Source: Candidatus Acetothermia bacterium
Lineage (GTDB): Bacteria; Bipolaricaulota; Bipolaricaulia; RBG-16-55-9; JANLFV01
Assembly: GCA_024653345.1 (NCBI GenBank)
Contig: JANLFV010000001.1
Coordinates: 84,387 to 148,386 of the forward strand
Reading direction: 5' to 3'
DNA length: 64,000 nucleotides
The notes under the pieces are model-generated. The model saw nothing but the letters and a program-made list of their open reading frames with translations. It had not been told where the DNA came from and did not search any database. Each line of letters opens with the position of its first letter. Within the stretch, counting starts at the first letter, position 1. Position numbers and translations under genes: made by a program. Positions 37,492 through 46,833 of the stretch are shown here, piece after piece.

Positions 37492-38519
37492 ATCTGAGCC
37501 GGTCCGTCTCCGTGCAGCGGGGGCATGGCCGCGTTGAGCACGACCTCGGCGATGTTCGTAGTGTAGTCGCTCACGCGCCTGATGCTATCGACCACGATCC
37601 CCAGAGCTTCCGCAGCGCGCGGCCGCTTCGAGGCATCCAGCTCGAGCTGCCAGAGCAGCTCGCCCACCCTGAGAAGCAGTCCCTCCATCGCTGCGGCCCG
37701 GTCGATGACCTCGTTGGCTTTCGCGAGATCGAGTTGGCTCAGCGCCTGGGCCGCTCCTTCGAGACGAGTGACCACCTCCCGGTTCGCCCGCGCGATCGTC
37801 TCGCGCAGCCCCGGAGAGATCGACTGCTCCAGGGCCATGACTGCCCGGGCGATCTTCACCGCGTGGTCGGCGATGCGCTCCACCTGCTTGGTCGCGGTGT
37901 AGTAGTCGAAGAGCCTCAGCCGAGCCGCTTCCTCGCCCAGGATGTCCTGGAGCGCGATTCTCAATTGGCGCGAGAGCATGAGGAAGAGGCGGTCGACCTC
38001 GCTGTCCCGGCCGATCACATCGCGGGCCAGCTCGCTGTCCCGCTCGAGCAAGGCCCGGACGGCATCTTCGAGCATCGACTTGGCGATGGAGTAGATCCTC
38101 TCGAAGGTCCGCTCGGCCGAGACCTCGCTCAGATCAAGCAGGTTGTGGATCACTATGGACTCGCCTGACTCCTCGACGATCTCCGGGCCGATAAGGGTCC
38201 GGCTGACCTCGCGGATCACCCTGCGCTGGTCCGGGCTGATCCGCTCGCCCCGAATCTCGATGATCTCGAACCCCGCAATGTAGAGGGAGATGATCTCCCT
38301 GGCCAGGGCCTCACCTGCGAGCTGCCCCCTCTGATCGGTAAGCCTGAAGATGACCCTGGCCGGCCGAGGGCGCTCCTCCGGGAGGAGGATGAGGGCCTCC
38401 CCACGGGGCGCGAGCCGCAGGGGCGAGCCGGCCCGCAGCCCGACCTTCTCCGCCCAGCCCTTGGGGAGTGTGATCATGAACGTCGCCCCGCCAGTTATCT
38501 GGACCTTACGGACCTCCAT
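37482..38519 (-). CDS. Phosphate uptake regulator with an N-terminal SpoVT/AbrB DNA-binding domain fused to two PhoU domains.
   Basis: The N-terminus VQITGGATFMITLPKGWAEKVGL is an AbrB/MazE-type swapped-hairpin motif. Two PhoU-like repeats follow (RIADHAVKIA; RVSDYTTNIA). Confidence 0.75.
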   Translation of the reverse strand: MEVRKVQITGGATFMITLPKGWAEKVGLRAGSPLRLAPRGEALILLPEERPRPARVIFRLTDQRGQLAGEALAREIISLYIAGFEIIEIRGERISPDQRRVIREVSRTLIGPEIVEESGESIVIHNLLDLSEVSAERTFERIYSIAKSMLEDAVRALLERDSELARDVIGRDSEVDRLFLMLSRQLRIALQDILGEEAARLRLFDYYTATKQVERIADHAVKIARAVMALEQSISPGLRETIARANREVVTRLEGAAQALSQLDLAKANEVIDRAAAMEGLLLRVGELLWQLELDASKRPRAAEALGIVVDSIRRVSDYTTNIAEVVLNAAMPPLHGDGPAQIQI

Positions 38520-38632
38520 CTATATAGATCACCAAGGCATTATATAGGAGGAGAGAAGGCCGAGCAAGCCCAAGCTTGGCGGAGAGGGCCGATGAGGAGT
38601 AGGATGGCCTCAGCTCAGGCTGAGGAGGCAGT

Positions 38633-39358
38633 ATGGCAGAGTATCAGAAATTCCACCGCGCGAGCAGCCATACCCGTGAGCGGCTCTTCCTCACCCCTCG
38701 GACGGCCGCGAGGGGACCGGCGCCCGAGCTGCGCAAGGATTACCAGGCCGAGGCCATTCGGCTCCCGCCGGTCGAGCCGCGCGGGATGAGCTTGGAAGAG
38801 GCCATTCGCCGAAGGCGCTCGATCCGGGAGTATTCGCGAGAGCCCATCTCGCTCGAGGAGTTGGCAAGGCTGCTCTTCTACGGCGTGGGGGTGACCGGCC
38901 CTGCGGAATACAAGCGAGCGGCCCCGACCGCCGGGGGGCTGACGCCCATCGAGCTCTATCCTGTGGTGAACAATGTCGTGGGCCTGGACCGCGGGCTCTA
39001 CCATTATGATCCGCTGGAGCATCACCTCCACCTCCTCAAGCGGGCCGACTTGCGGCGGGAGATCGCCCGGGCCTGCCTCGAGCAGGACTTCCTGGCTGAT
39101 GCCGCGGCGGTCATCGTCCTGACGGCCGTCCACCGCCGGACGGCCTGGAAGTATGGCGAGCGAGCTTATCGTTACATCTTGCTCGATGCCGGCCATGCGG
39201 CCGAGAACATCCAGCTCGAGGCGACCGCCCTGGGGCTGGGAAGCTGCCCGATCGGGGCCTTCTTCGACGATGAGCTCAATAGACTTCTCGGCCTCGAGGG
39301 GGAGGAGCAGCTTGCCCTCCTCGCCGTGGCAGTCGGCCGCTGGCGGGCCTCATGGTGA
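38633..39358 (+). CDS. SagB-type dehydrogenase domain protein (nitroreductase superfamily).
   Basis: RRSIREY, PTAGGL.PIELY and GLYHYDP motifs characteristic of SagB/ThcOx-type FMN dehydrogenases. 241 aa. Confidence 0.65.
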   Translation: MAEYQKFHRASSHTRERLFLTPRTAARGPAPELRKDYQAEAIRLPPVEPRGMSLEEAIRRRRSIREYSREPISLEELARLLFYGVGVTGPAEYKRAAPTAGGLTPIELYPVVNNVVGLDRGLYHYDPLEHHLHLLKRADLRREIARACLEQDFLADAAAVIVLTAVHRRTAWKYGERAYRYILLDAGHAAENIQLEATALGLGSCPIGAFFDDELNRLLGLEGEEQLALLAVAVGRWRASW

Positions 39359-39471
39359 TCTCGGTTACATACATCTGCGCGAGAGGTGAGCTAGAATACG
39401 CTCGAGCGGAAAAGGCGGTCTGAGTTGCTGGCGCTACAGAGGCGAGCGGTCAGTCATTCAAGGAGGTTTGA

Positions 39472-42195
39472 ATGCGGAGGATACTCTTGCGTGCGGTGCT
39501 CCTAAGCGTGCTGACCCTGTTACTTTGCGGGGCAGCCTTGGGACAGGGGGGAGGTCGGATCCCCGTAGGCGAACATCCGCGCTCCATCGCCGTGCTGGAC
39601 TGCAATCGGGATGGGTGGGATGACTTTGTCGTGGGCAACGAGCTCTCCAACGATATCACCATAGCCGTTGCTCAAAGGAACGGCTTTTTTCAGGTAACAA
39701 CTCTGCCGACCCCGGCGATCATCCCCATGGCTACCGCGGCTGGTGATTTGGACTCTGATTCCGACAAAGATCTGGTCCTAGTGGCCTGCGGACTCGCTGT
39801 TGAGACAGCTCACTCCGAGGTTACGGGCGTCTATGTCACTAAGGCGTTCAACGTGTTCACCTTTGAGAACAACGGTAGTTGCGGTTTCTCTCTTAAACAT
39901 AAGCTCCGGGCTGGGGATTGTCCCAGCGCGGTCGCTCTCGCTGACTTGAATCGGAATCACAAGCTGGACATCATCGTAGTTAACTCTGAGTCAAGGAGTC
40001 TCACGCTCTTCATCGACGTCACGGGAATACCACCGGTAGAAGTGAGCCTTGCGGATTGTGCACAGCCAGTGGCCTTGGATATCGGGGACATCAACCGCGA
40101 TGCTATACCCGATGCCGTCGTCGCCTGCTCCGAATCTGACACGGTCTGGGCTCTCCTAGGGACCGGTGCTCCTCCTTTCTTCGTTCTTCCTCCTGCTCAG
40201 GTCATCGCTACTGGAGAACGGCCGATGGACGTGGAGCTCGCTGACATCAATGGTGACACTATTCTGGACCTAGTCGTGGCTCACTTCGAGTCCGACAAGG
40301 TATGGACCTTCTTCGGGGATGGGACGGGGCTCTTTGGCGATGCTACTCTCCAGAACAGCCGTATCGCTGCCGGCAGCTTTAAGAAAGGCCAGCCCCACGC
40401 CACGTATCATGTCGATCAGGCCCCCTCCGCTTTGCTCCTTCGGGACTTCAATCAGGACGGAATGCTGGACATGGTCGTGACAAATGCCTATGCTGACGAC
40501 GTTTGGCTCCTCTGCGGAAGGCACGATGAGAGGAGCAACAAGGGGGATTTCGTATCGGGAGGCAAGTGGCCCGTTGGCGAGAAGCCCGTAGCTCTAGCCT
40601 CGGGCGACTTCGACGCCGTCCGTGACGGCTGGCTCGATATAGTCGTAGCTAATGAGCTCTCCAATGATGTGAGCATCCTCCTAGGAAGGCCGAGAGAATG
40701 GTGCTACGAATTCCTTCCGCCGCCAGAGAACAAGCCGCCGGTCGCGGACTTCAGCTACTCCCCCGCTCAGCCGAAGGCCGGGGAGAAGGTGAGGTTCGAC
40801 GGCTCCTCCTCCAGCGACCCCGACGGCCAGGTCATCTCCTGGAGCTGGGACTTCGGCGACGGGAAGACCGGCACGGGGAAGATCGTCGAGCACACTTTCG
40901 AGAAGGAGGGCCAGTATAAGGTCTGCCTCACGGTCAAGGACGACAAGGGCGCGGAGGGGCAGGCCTGCGAGGACCTTACTGTCGGGCCTCCGCCGCCCCC
41001 GCCAGCGACCAAGCTGCCCACGGTCGGGGACGAGCCGAGCGGGCTGGCCTCGGGTGACTTCAATGGCGACAGGAAAGAAGACCTGGCCGTAGTGAACCAG
41101 AACTCGAACAACCTCTCGGTCCTCCTCGGGAGCGGGGACGGCAAGTTCAGCCCTGGCGGGACGGTCGCCACAGGCAGGGGCCCGAGCGCCGTCGTCTCTG
41201 CAGACTTCAACAAGGACAATCAGCTCGATCTGGCCGTGAGCAACGCTGGCTCGAACACCGTCTCGATCCTCATCGGCGACGGAAAGGGCGGATTCCACGG
41301 CCGGGGCGAGCTTGCGGTGGGGAGCAATCCCATGGGCCTGGCCTTCGAGGACTTCGACAAGGACGGGAAGCTCGACCTGGCTCTGGCCAACTCCGGGGCC
41401 AACAATGTCTCGATCCTGCTCGGGAACGGGGACGGAAGCTTCAAGGAGGCCCGGAACACCGAGCCGATCGGGAACTCGCCGGAGAAGCTGGCCCCGGCCG
41501 ACCTTAATGGTGATGGGAAGGTCGATCTGGCCGTAGCAAGCCTCAACTCCGGGGAGATCTTCATCCTGCTTGGCAACGGCGACGGGACCTTCGCAGTCGG
41601 GACCAAGCTTGCCGGCCTCAACCATCCTCGCGGCCTGACCATCGACGACTTCAACAACGACGGTAAGAAGGACATTGCCGTCGCGGTCTCCGATGCCAAC
41701 ACGGTAGCCCTCTTCTTGGGGAAGGGGGACGGGAGCTTCGAGGAGCCGCTCTCGGCCAAGGTCGGGGACTCCCCAAGGACGCTGGTGGCCGGGAAGTTCA
41801 ATGCCGACGCCAACCTCGATCTGGCCGTGGCAAACTACACCTCCGGCAATGTCTCGATCCTGCTGGGCAAGGGCGACGGCTCGTTCGAGGAGCAGAAGCT
41901 CTTCAAGGTAGGTGAAAAGCCCAATGGGATCGTGGCCGGGAAGTTCAACGCCGATGCCAATGTCGATCTAGCCGTGGCAAACGCCGGCTCGGACAACGTC
42001 ACAATCCTGCTCGGGAAGGGGGACGGGAGCTTCGAGGACCCGCCGCTCAGCTTCATAGGGAGCGCCTGGAGCGGGGTGCTCGTCGGGGGCCTGGGCTCGC
42101 TAGTCTTCTTCCCTCTCCTGCTCTGGCTCTGGGCGCTCTGGACGAGTGACGACCGCCGGAGGGCCCTCTGGGCTAAGCTCGGCCTGAGGAGGTGA
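39472..42195 (+). CDS. Large cell-surface protein with N-terminal and C-terminal blocks of FG-GAP/VCBS-like repeats, a central PKD domain and a C-terminal TM anchor followed by an Arg cluster.
   Basis: Signal peptide. Recurrent ~65 aa units ending D[LI]xVxNxxSN[DN]VSILLG (integrin-alpha FG-GAP-like). PKD motif WSWDFGDG. C-terminal LVFFPLLLWLWALW then DDRRR. Confidence 0.7.
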   Translation: MRRILLRAVLLSVLTLLLCGAALGQGGGRIPVGEHPRSIAVLDCNRDGWDDFVVGNELSNDITIAVAQRNGFFQVTTLPTPAIIPMATAAGDLDSDSDKDLVLVACGLAVETAHSEVTGVYVTKAFNVFTFENNGSCGFSLKHKLRAGDCPSAVALADLNRNHKLDIIVVNSESRSLTLFIDVTGIPPVEVSLADCAQPVALDIGDINRDAIPDAVVACSESDTVWALLGTGAPPFFVLPPAQVIATGERPMDVELADINGDTILDLVVAHFESDKVWTFFGDGTGLFGDATLQNSRIAAGSFKKGQPHATYHVDQAPSALLLRDFNQDGMLDMVVTNAYADDVWLLCGRHDERSNKGDFVSGGKWPVGEKPVALASGDFDAVRDGWLDIVVANELSNDVSILLGRPREWCYEFLPPPENKPPVADFSYSPAQPKAGEKVRFDGSSSSDPDGQVISWSWDFGDGKTGTGKIVEHTFEKEGQYKVCLTVKDDKGAEGQACEDLTVGPPPPPPATKLPTVGDEPSGLASGDFNGDRKEDLAVVNQNSNNLSVLLGSGDGKFSPGGTVATGRGPSAVVSADFNKDNQLDLAVSNAGSNTVSILIGDGKGGFHGRGELAVGSNPMGLAFEDFDKDGKLDLALANSGANNVSILLGNGDGSFKEARNTEPIGNSPEKLAPADLNGDGKVDLAVASLNSGEIFILLGNGDGTFAVGTKLAGLNHPRGLTIDDFNNDGKKDIAVAVSDANTVALFLGKGDGSFEEPLSAKVGDSPRTLVAGKFNADANLDLAVANYTSGNVSILLGKGDGSFEEQKLFKVGEKPNGIVAGKFNADANVDLAVANAGSDNVTILLGKGDGSFEDPPLSFIGSAWSGVLVGGLGSLVFFPLLLWLWALWTSDDRRRALWAKLGLRR
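41785..42078 (+). repeat. Near-identical tandem duplication (2 x 147 nt, 49 aa units) inside the FG-GAP gene.
   Basis: The two units (VAGKFNADANLDLAVANYTSGNVSILLGKGDGSFEE.. and VAGKFNADANVDLAVANAGSDNVTILLGKGDGSFED..) are far more similar at the DNA level than the other repeats. Coordinates are approximate to within 5 nt. Confidence 0.4.
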
Positions 42196-42199
42196 CTCC

Positions 42200-44086
42200 G
42201 TGAAAGCTAAGCTGACCGGCTTGAGCCTCGTCCTGGCGCTGGTCCTGCTGGCTGCGGGACCTCTCGCGGCTGACCCCTTGCCTCTTGCCGGGGCGATTAC
42301 GATCTCAAAGACCGTCCGGCCGGAGTTGATCAATCCCCGCGGCCAAGGGGCCCCCGATAGGGCGACCGTCACGATCACGGTGAGCGGGAGCATCGCGGGA
42401 GAGCGGCTCCCGCTTGATCTCGTCTTCGTAGTCGACCGCTCGGCCACGATGGACATGGCCCAGGTCAAGGCGGCGGTCGCGCAGACGCTGGCACTGCTTG
42501 GCGCCCGGGACCGGATCGGTCTGGTCTCGTTCGCGGACGACGCCCGAACTGAGATCGACCTCGTCGCAGCCACGGCGGAGAACAAGGCTGAATTGCTCCA
42601 GCTCGTGAGCGCCTTCCCCAACCGGGGGAGGACGGCCTGTGACGCGGGCGTGGCCCAGGCAACAGCCCTCCTGCAGGCCCAGGGCCAGACCACTGCCATC
42701 TGGGCGGAGCTGTTGCTTACGGACGGGACCTGCACGCACGGGCACGAGCCCGAGGCCGAGCTAGCCGAGGCAGTCGCGTTGGGGATCGCCCCTCTGATCG
42801 TGGCCGTCGGGCCACTGAGCCAGGCCTTCCCCGCCAAGATCCGGGATGTCCCGGGGGTGAAGTTCTTCTCCTCGCCCGCCTTCTTCCTCGACTACCTCGA
42901 GCGGACGCTCCGGGAGATCGCCGGCCTCGTCGCGCGAGACCTGGTGCTGATCGAGCGCCTCCCCAGCTACATCCACTACGAGGGCGGCGCGAGCGAGCTC
43001 CCCTCCAGCATCGATCCGAGCGGGGACCTGGTCATCGAATGGCGGCGCGAGCGGCTGGAGTCCAGCACGCGCTGGCAGATCTCCTTCCTCATCAGCGCCG
43101 AGAAGACGGGCAGGATCGTCGTGGAAGCGGGCGGCGAGCTCCGCTTCAGGAATCTGCTCACCGATAGCCCTATGCCGGCCCTGCCTCTCCCTCAAGCGAC
43201 GATCACGGTGAGGAACGCCGCGCCGGTCTGCGCCTTCACCTATGAGCCCGCTAAGCCGACCACGGCTGACGATGTCAACTTCTACGACCAGTCGGTCGAC
43301 GCCTTCGGAGGCACGATCGTCAGCTGGCAATGGGATTTCGGCGACGGAAGCGGCTCGCCCAAGCGGAACCCCTCCCATCGCTACACGAAGGACGGCTCAT
43401 ACCTAGTGAAGCTCCAGGTCACTGACGAGGAGGGCGCGACCTGCGAGACGAGCCAGACGATCACCGTCGGCCTGGTCGAGGTCCTCGCCTCCCGGACGAT
43501 CCTCACCTTCCCCAACGAGCGGGTCCTCCCAGGCCGGGCCTACGAGGCCGAGGTGACGATCGTTCCGAAGGTCTGCATCAACGGGATGGGGCTCCAAGAG
43601 GTCTACCCCCAGGGCTGGGGGATTGAGCTGGTCGACAGCGGCGAAGCGCGCTTCAGGCCGCCGAATGAGTGGATCTGGCAGGGACCGCTCTGTCCGCCTG
43701 CTGAGGCCGGAGTCCGCTATCGAGCAGCAGTGCCGCCGGGGACCGCTGTGGGGCGATATGCCATCTCCGGGACGGTCAGCAGCTTCTCCCCGAGGATCGA
43801 CATCCGCGTTGCGGGACTCTCCACCTTGGACGTCGTCGAGCGGCTGAGCATTGAGGTGGCGATCGCCTGCCTCGATGTAGCTGCGAACGAGCCGGACCCG
43901 GCGAGCTGTTACGATGCCCAGGGGCGGGTGCTGCTCAAGCCGGACCAGATCGAGCGGGCGAAGGAGTTCTATCAGAACGGCCAGCCGGTCCCGGGGACAG
44001 GAGGCGCGCTCATCGACTATGAGATGATGCTCCGGCTCCTCGCCTACTACCAGACGGGGACACCGGTCACGCAGCCGCTCCCCTAG
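42200..44086 (+). CDS. Secreted VWA-domain protein with an internal PKD domain.
   Basis: Signal peptide MKAKLTGLSLVLALVLLAAGPLAA. vWA MIDAS-like segment LDLVFVVDRSATMD. PKD motif WQWDFGDGSG...YLVKLQVTDEEG. Confidence 0.65.
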   Translation: MKAKLTGLSLVLALVLLAAGPLAADPLPLAGAITISKTVRPELINPRGQGAPDRATVTITVSGSIAGERLPLDLVFVVDRSATMDMAQVKAAVAQTLALLGARDRIGLVSFADDARTEIDLVAATAENKAELLQLVSAFPNRGRTACDAGVAQATALLQAQGQTTAIWAELLLTDGTCTHGHEPEAELAEAVALGIAPLIVAVGPLSQAFPAKIRDVPGVKFFSSPAFFLDYLERTLREIAGLVARDLVLIERLPSYIHYEGGASELPSSIDPSGDLVIEWRRERLESSTRWQISFLISAEKTGRIVVEAGGELRFRNLLTDSPMPALPLPQATITVRNAAPVCAFTYEPAKPTTADDVNFYDQSVDAFGGTIVSWQWDFGDGSGSPKRNPSHRYTKDGSYLVKLQVTDEEGATCETSQTITVGLVEVLASRTILTFPNERVLPGRAYEAEVTIVPKVCINGMGLQEVYPQGWGIELVDSGEARFRPPNEWIWQGPLCPPAEAGVRYRAAVPPGTAVGRYAISGTVSSFSPRIDIRVAGLSTLDVVERLSIEVAIACLDVAANEPDPASCYDAQGRVLLKPDQIERAKEFYQNGQPVPGTGGALIDYEMMLRLLAYYQTGTPVTQPLP

Positions 44087-46020
44087 GGGGCGATGACGGT
44101 GATCTGCTTCGAGGTGCGGCTCATCGCTCCCTTGTTGTCGATCACCCACAGCGTGACGGTATAGGTCCCTGGCGCGGTGTAGCGATGGGTTGGATTCCGG
44201 GTGTTGCCCGAGCCGCAATTGCTGGGGCAATTCGTGCCGTCACCGAAGTCCCAGCCCCAGTTCTCGATCCTTCCCGTAGGACTCGGGTCATGGGATAGAT
44301 CCGTGAACTGGACCTCATCCGCGACCGTCGGCCTCGTGGGGGAGAAACTGAAGTCGCAGATCGGCGGGGCGTTAGCCACCTGGATTGTCCTGGAAACGGT
44401 GTCGCTGTCCCCGTCGTTGTCCCACACGGTGAGCTCTAGCCCATAGTCGCCATCCACCTGATACTGGTGCGTCGGGTTCTGTTCGGTCGAGCTTGTCCCA
44501 TCGCCGAAGTCCCAGGACCACTTGACAACCTGGCCGTCTGGGTCTGAGGAATCATCCTTGAATTGGATCGTGTCCGCATCGGTCGGCTTCTCCGGATCGA
44601 AGCTCAAGGCCGCCCTCGGGGCACGGTTGAGGACCTGCACCTGGCCCTGGGCGGTGGCCGTTTCTCCCTCGTCGTCGGTGACCCGGAGCTTGACGGCATA
44701 GGTCCCGTTATCGGCGTAGGAATGGGTGACCTTCGCGGCGGTCAGGCACTCCTCGAACTCTCCATTCCCGTCGAAGTCCCACTCATACTTGACGATCTCG
44801 CCGTCGGGATCGTCAGAGGCGGAGGCGTCGAAGGTGATCACCTCGCCGGTGTAGGCCCGCTCGGGGCTGACAGTGAATGAGGCCTTCGGCGGGACGCCTC
44901 TGACTCTTATCTCTTGGGAGGTGTCATCGGTCCCGCCCCGATCGTCCGTCACGCTCAGCGTCACCGTGTATGTCCCGCTCTTGGCGTAGCGATGGGAAGG
45001 GCTCTGGACCTCCGCGGTCGCGCCGTCCCCGAAGTCCCAGCGCCAGGCGACGATCTCGCCATCCTGGGCGCTTGACTGGTCCATGAACTGGATCTCGTCC
45101 TCGGTCGTGGGGTCGAGCGGCCAGTAGCTGAAGTCCGCTACGGGGAGGGGCCGCGGCTCTTCCCGGACGACCACGTCCTTCTCGGCGGTCCCTTGGGCCA
45201 ACCGGTCGTCGGTCACCGTCAGTCGGACGGTGTAACTTCCGGCCTTCTCATACTTATGCGAGGCGGTTTGGCCCTCGCCGGTGAACCCATCCCCGAAGCT
45301 CCAGTCGAACCGGATGATCTTCCCGTCGGGATCGGTGGAGGAAGAGCCGTCGAAGATCACCAACTCCTCGACCAGCGGCTCGCTTGGCGAGAAGGTGAAC
45401 GCCGCGACAGGTGGCCGATTGGAGGCGGAGTTCGTGGCCTTGGGCGTCCCGTTTAGCGGGTTCCCTCGGGCATCGAGGCCGCAGCGATGGGTCCCATCGT
45501 TGCTTGCCCAGTTGGCGTCCGTGTCCTCTTTCGTTGGGTCGATCCGCTCCATGCTGGCATAGGGCGGCTTCCCTTGGGCCTCGGTCCCTCCGGGCCAGGG
45601 CCCGCCGTCCCCATTGGCTGAGTCGATCAGCTCCCCTTCAGGGTCGAGGAGCCGGAGCGCTTCCCCGGAGTTGGTGAGGGCCCCCTGATAGATCTGATCG
45701 GCAGTGATGTCGCTGATCGTCCCGTCGTCGCTCCGCTCGAGGAGGAAGAACCCCCGGGCGGGGATCTTCCCGGAGAGTTTAACATCGGGGCTGCCATCAT
45801 CGGACTTCAAGTGCCAGCCGGTCAGGTCGATAGCCTCGTCGGTGTTGTTGTATAGCTCGATCCACTCATCGCTCGAGCTGGCCGCGGTCCCGGCCCAGGC
45901 CACCTCGTTGATCACCACCGTCCGCTCGGGTGCCTCGTCGCCGGTCGACCAGCCCGCCAAAGATCCGGCTAGGAGCAAGAGAACCATTAGATAGCGCCAG
46001 ACTCTTCTCACGCTCATCAC
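44083..46020 (-). CDS. Secreted protein with an N-terminal lamin-tail domain (LTD) followed by ~6 tandem PKD domains.
   Basis: Signal peptide. LTD signature VVINEVAWAG...DEWIELYN...DLTGWHL. Six W[RS]WDFGDG-containing PKD units. Confidence 0.7.
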   Translation of the reverse strand: MMSVRRVWRYLMVLLLLAGSLAGWSTGDEAPERTVVINEVAWAGTAASSSDEWIELYNNTDEAIDLTGWHLKSDDGSPDVKLSGKIPARGFFLLERSDDGTISDITADQIYQGALTNSGEALRLLDPEGELIDSANGDGGPWPGGTEAQGKPPYASMERIDPTKEDTDANWASNDGTHRCGLDARGNPLNGTPKATNSASNRPPVAAFTFSPSEPLVEELVIFDGSSSTDPDGKIIRFDWSFGDGFTGEGQTASHKYEKAGSYTVRLTVTDDRLAQGTAEKDVVVREEPRPLPVADFSYWPLDPTTEDEIQFMDQSSAQDGEIVAWRWDFGDGATAEVQSPSHRYAKSGTYTVTLSVTDDRGGTDDTSQEIRVRGVPPKASFTVSPERAYTGEVITFDASASDDPDGEIVKYEWDFDGNGEFEECLTAAKVTHSYADNGTYAVKLRVTDDEGETATAQGQVQVLNRAPRAALSFDPEKPTDADTIQFKDDSSDPDGQVVKWSWDFGDGTSSTEQNPTHQYQVDGDYGLELTVWDNDGDSDTVSRTIQVANAPPICDFSFSPTRPTVADEVQFTDLSHDPSPTGRIENWGWDFGDGTNCPSNCGSGNTRNPTHRYTAPGTYTVTLWVIDNKGAMSRTSKQITVIAP

Positions 46021-46182
46021 TCCTTCCCTGGTCTTAGTTTTATTATATCCCCAAAGGGTGAAGATCCTGTGGAAGAGTTGAGGAGGTTTTTGGGAACTCC
46101 ATCCCTCCGCCGGGGGACAAGGAGCCGTTGCACCGCCGCCGCGAGAGCGCTATCCTCGAAGCGAGGAGGCTAAGCGCGAGAG

Positions 46183-46833
46183 ATGCGAGTAGTCGGGGGA
46201 GAGAAGGGCGGGGCCCGGCTCCTGGAGCTGGAGCACGAGCAGATCCGGCCGATGCGGGCGGAGGTCCGAGCGGGCCTGTTCAATATGATCCAGGACTTCG
46301 TCCCCGAGAGCCGGTTCCTCGACCTCTTCGCCGGGACAGGGTCCGTAGGGATCGAGGCCCTCAGCCGCGGCGCAGCGGAATGCACCTTCGTGGACAACCT
46401 CCCCGAGGCGGTCCGGCTGATCAAGATGAACCTGGCCAAGCTCGGCCTGACCGGCCGGGCGAAGGTCTATCAGCTCGATGTCTTCGAGGCGCTCGCGCGG
46501 TTCGAGCGCCGGGGAAGGAGATACGACCTCGTCTTCATCGGCCCTCCTTATGGCCAAGGACTGGGGGTCCGGACGCTGGCGCGGCTCGCCAGCTCGAGCA
46601 TCTTGAGTGATGATAGCCTCGTGATCGTCGAGCTGTTCAAGAAGGAGCGCCCGGAGGTCGGGGAGAGCTACGGCCAGCTCGGCCTCGTCCGCGAGCGGAG
46701 GTATGGGGACAACTTAATCCTGATCTACCGCCGAGGCCAGCCTGTCCCCTCAGTAGAGCAAGACGGCCAGGACCGCGGCCGCGGCCAGGGCCAGGCCCGC
46801 GGGGAGAGCGAGCCTCCCCAGGAAGGCCCGTAG
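46183..46833 (+). CDS. rsmD: 16S rRNA (guanine966-N2)-methyltransferase RsmD.
   Basis: LDLFAGTGSVGIEALSRGA SAM motif and DPPY (IGPPYG). The 3' end overlaps the convergent gene, so the true stop may be as annotated but with a low-complexity tail. Confidence 0.8.
   Translation: MRVVGGEKGGARLLELEHEQIRPMRAEVRAGLFNMIQDFVPESRFLDLFAGTGSVGIEALSRGAAECTFVDNLPEAVRLIKMNLAKLGLTGRAKVYQLDVFEALARFERRGRRYDLVFIGPPYGQGLGVRTLARLASSSILSDDSLVIVELFKKERPEVGESYGQLGLVRERRYGDNLILIYRRGQPVPSVEQDGQDRGRGQGQARGESEPPQEGP

Noticed and set aside
39359-39471. Candidate promoter TTACAT ... TAGAAT upstream of the FG-GAP gene
   Set aside because: The spacer would be 21 nt, too long for a sigma70 promoter, and no better -35/-10 pair was found by eye.
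39472-46020. Repetitive DNA in the surface-protein genes considered as a CRISPR array or mobile element
   Set aside because: The repeats are in-frame protein repeats (FG-GAP ~195 nt, PKD ~270 nt) with divergent sequences and no short direct repeat-spacer periodicity. No transposase, integrase or cas genes are anywhere in the window.
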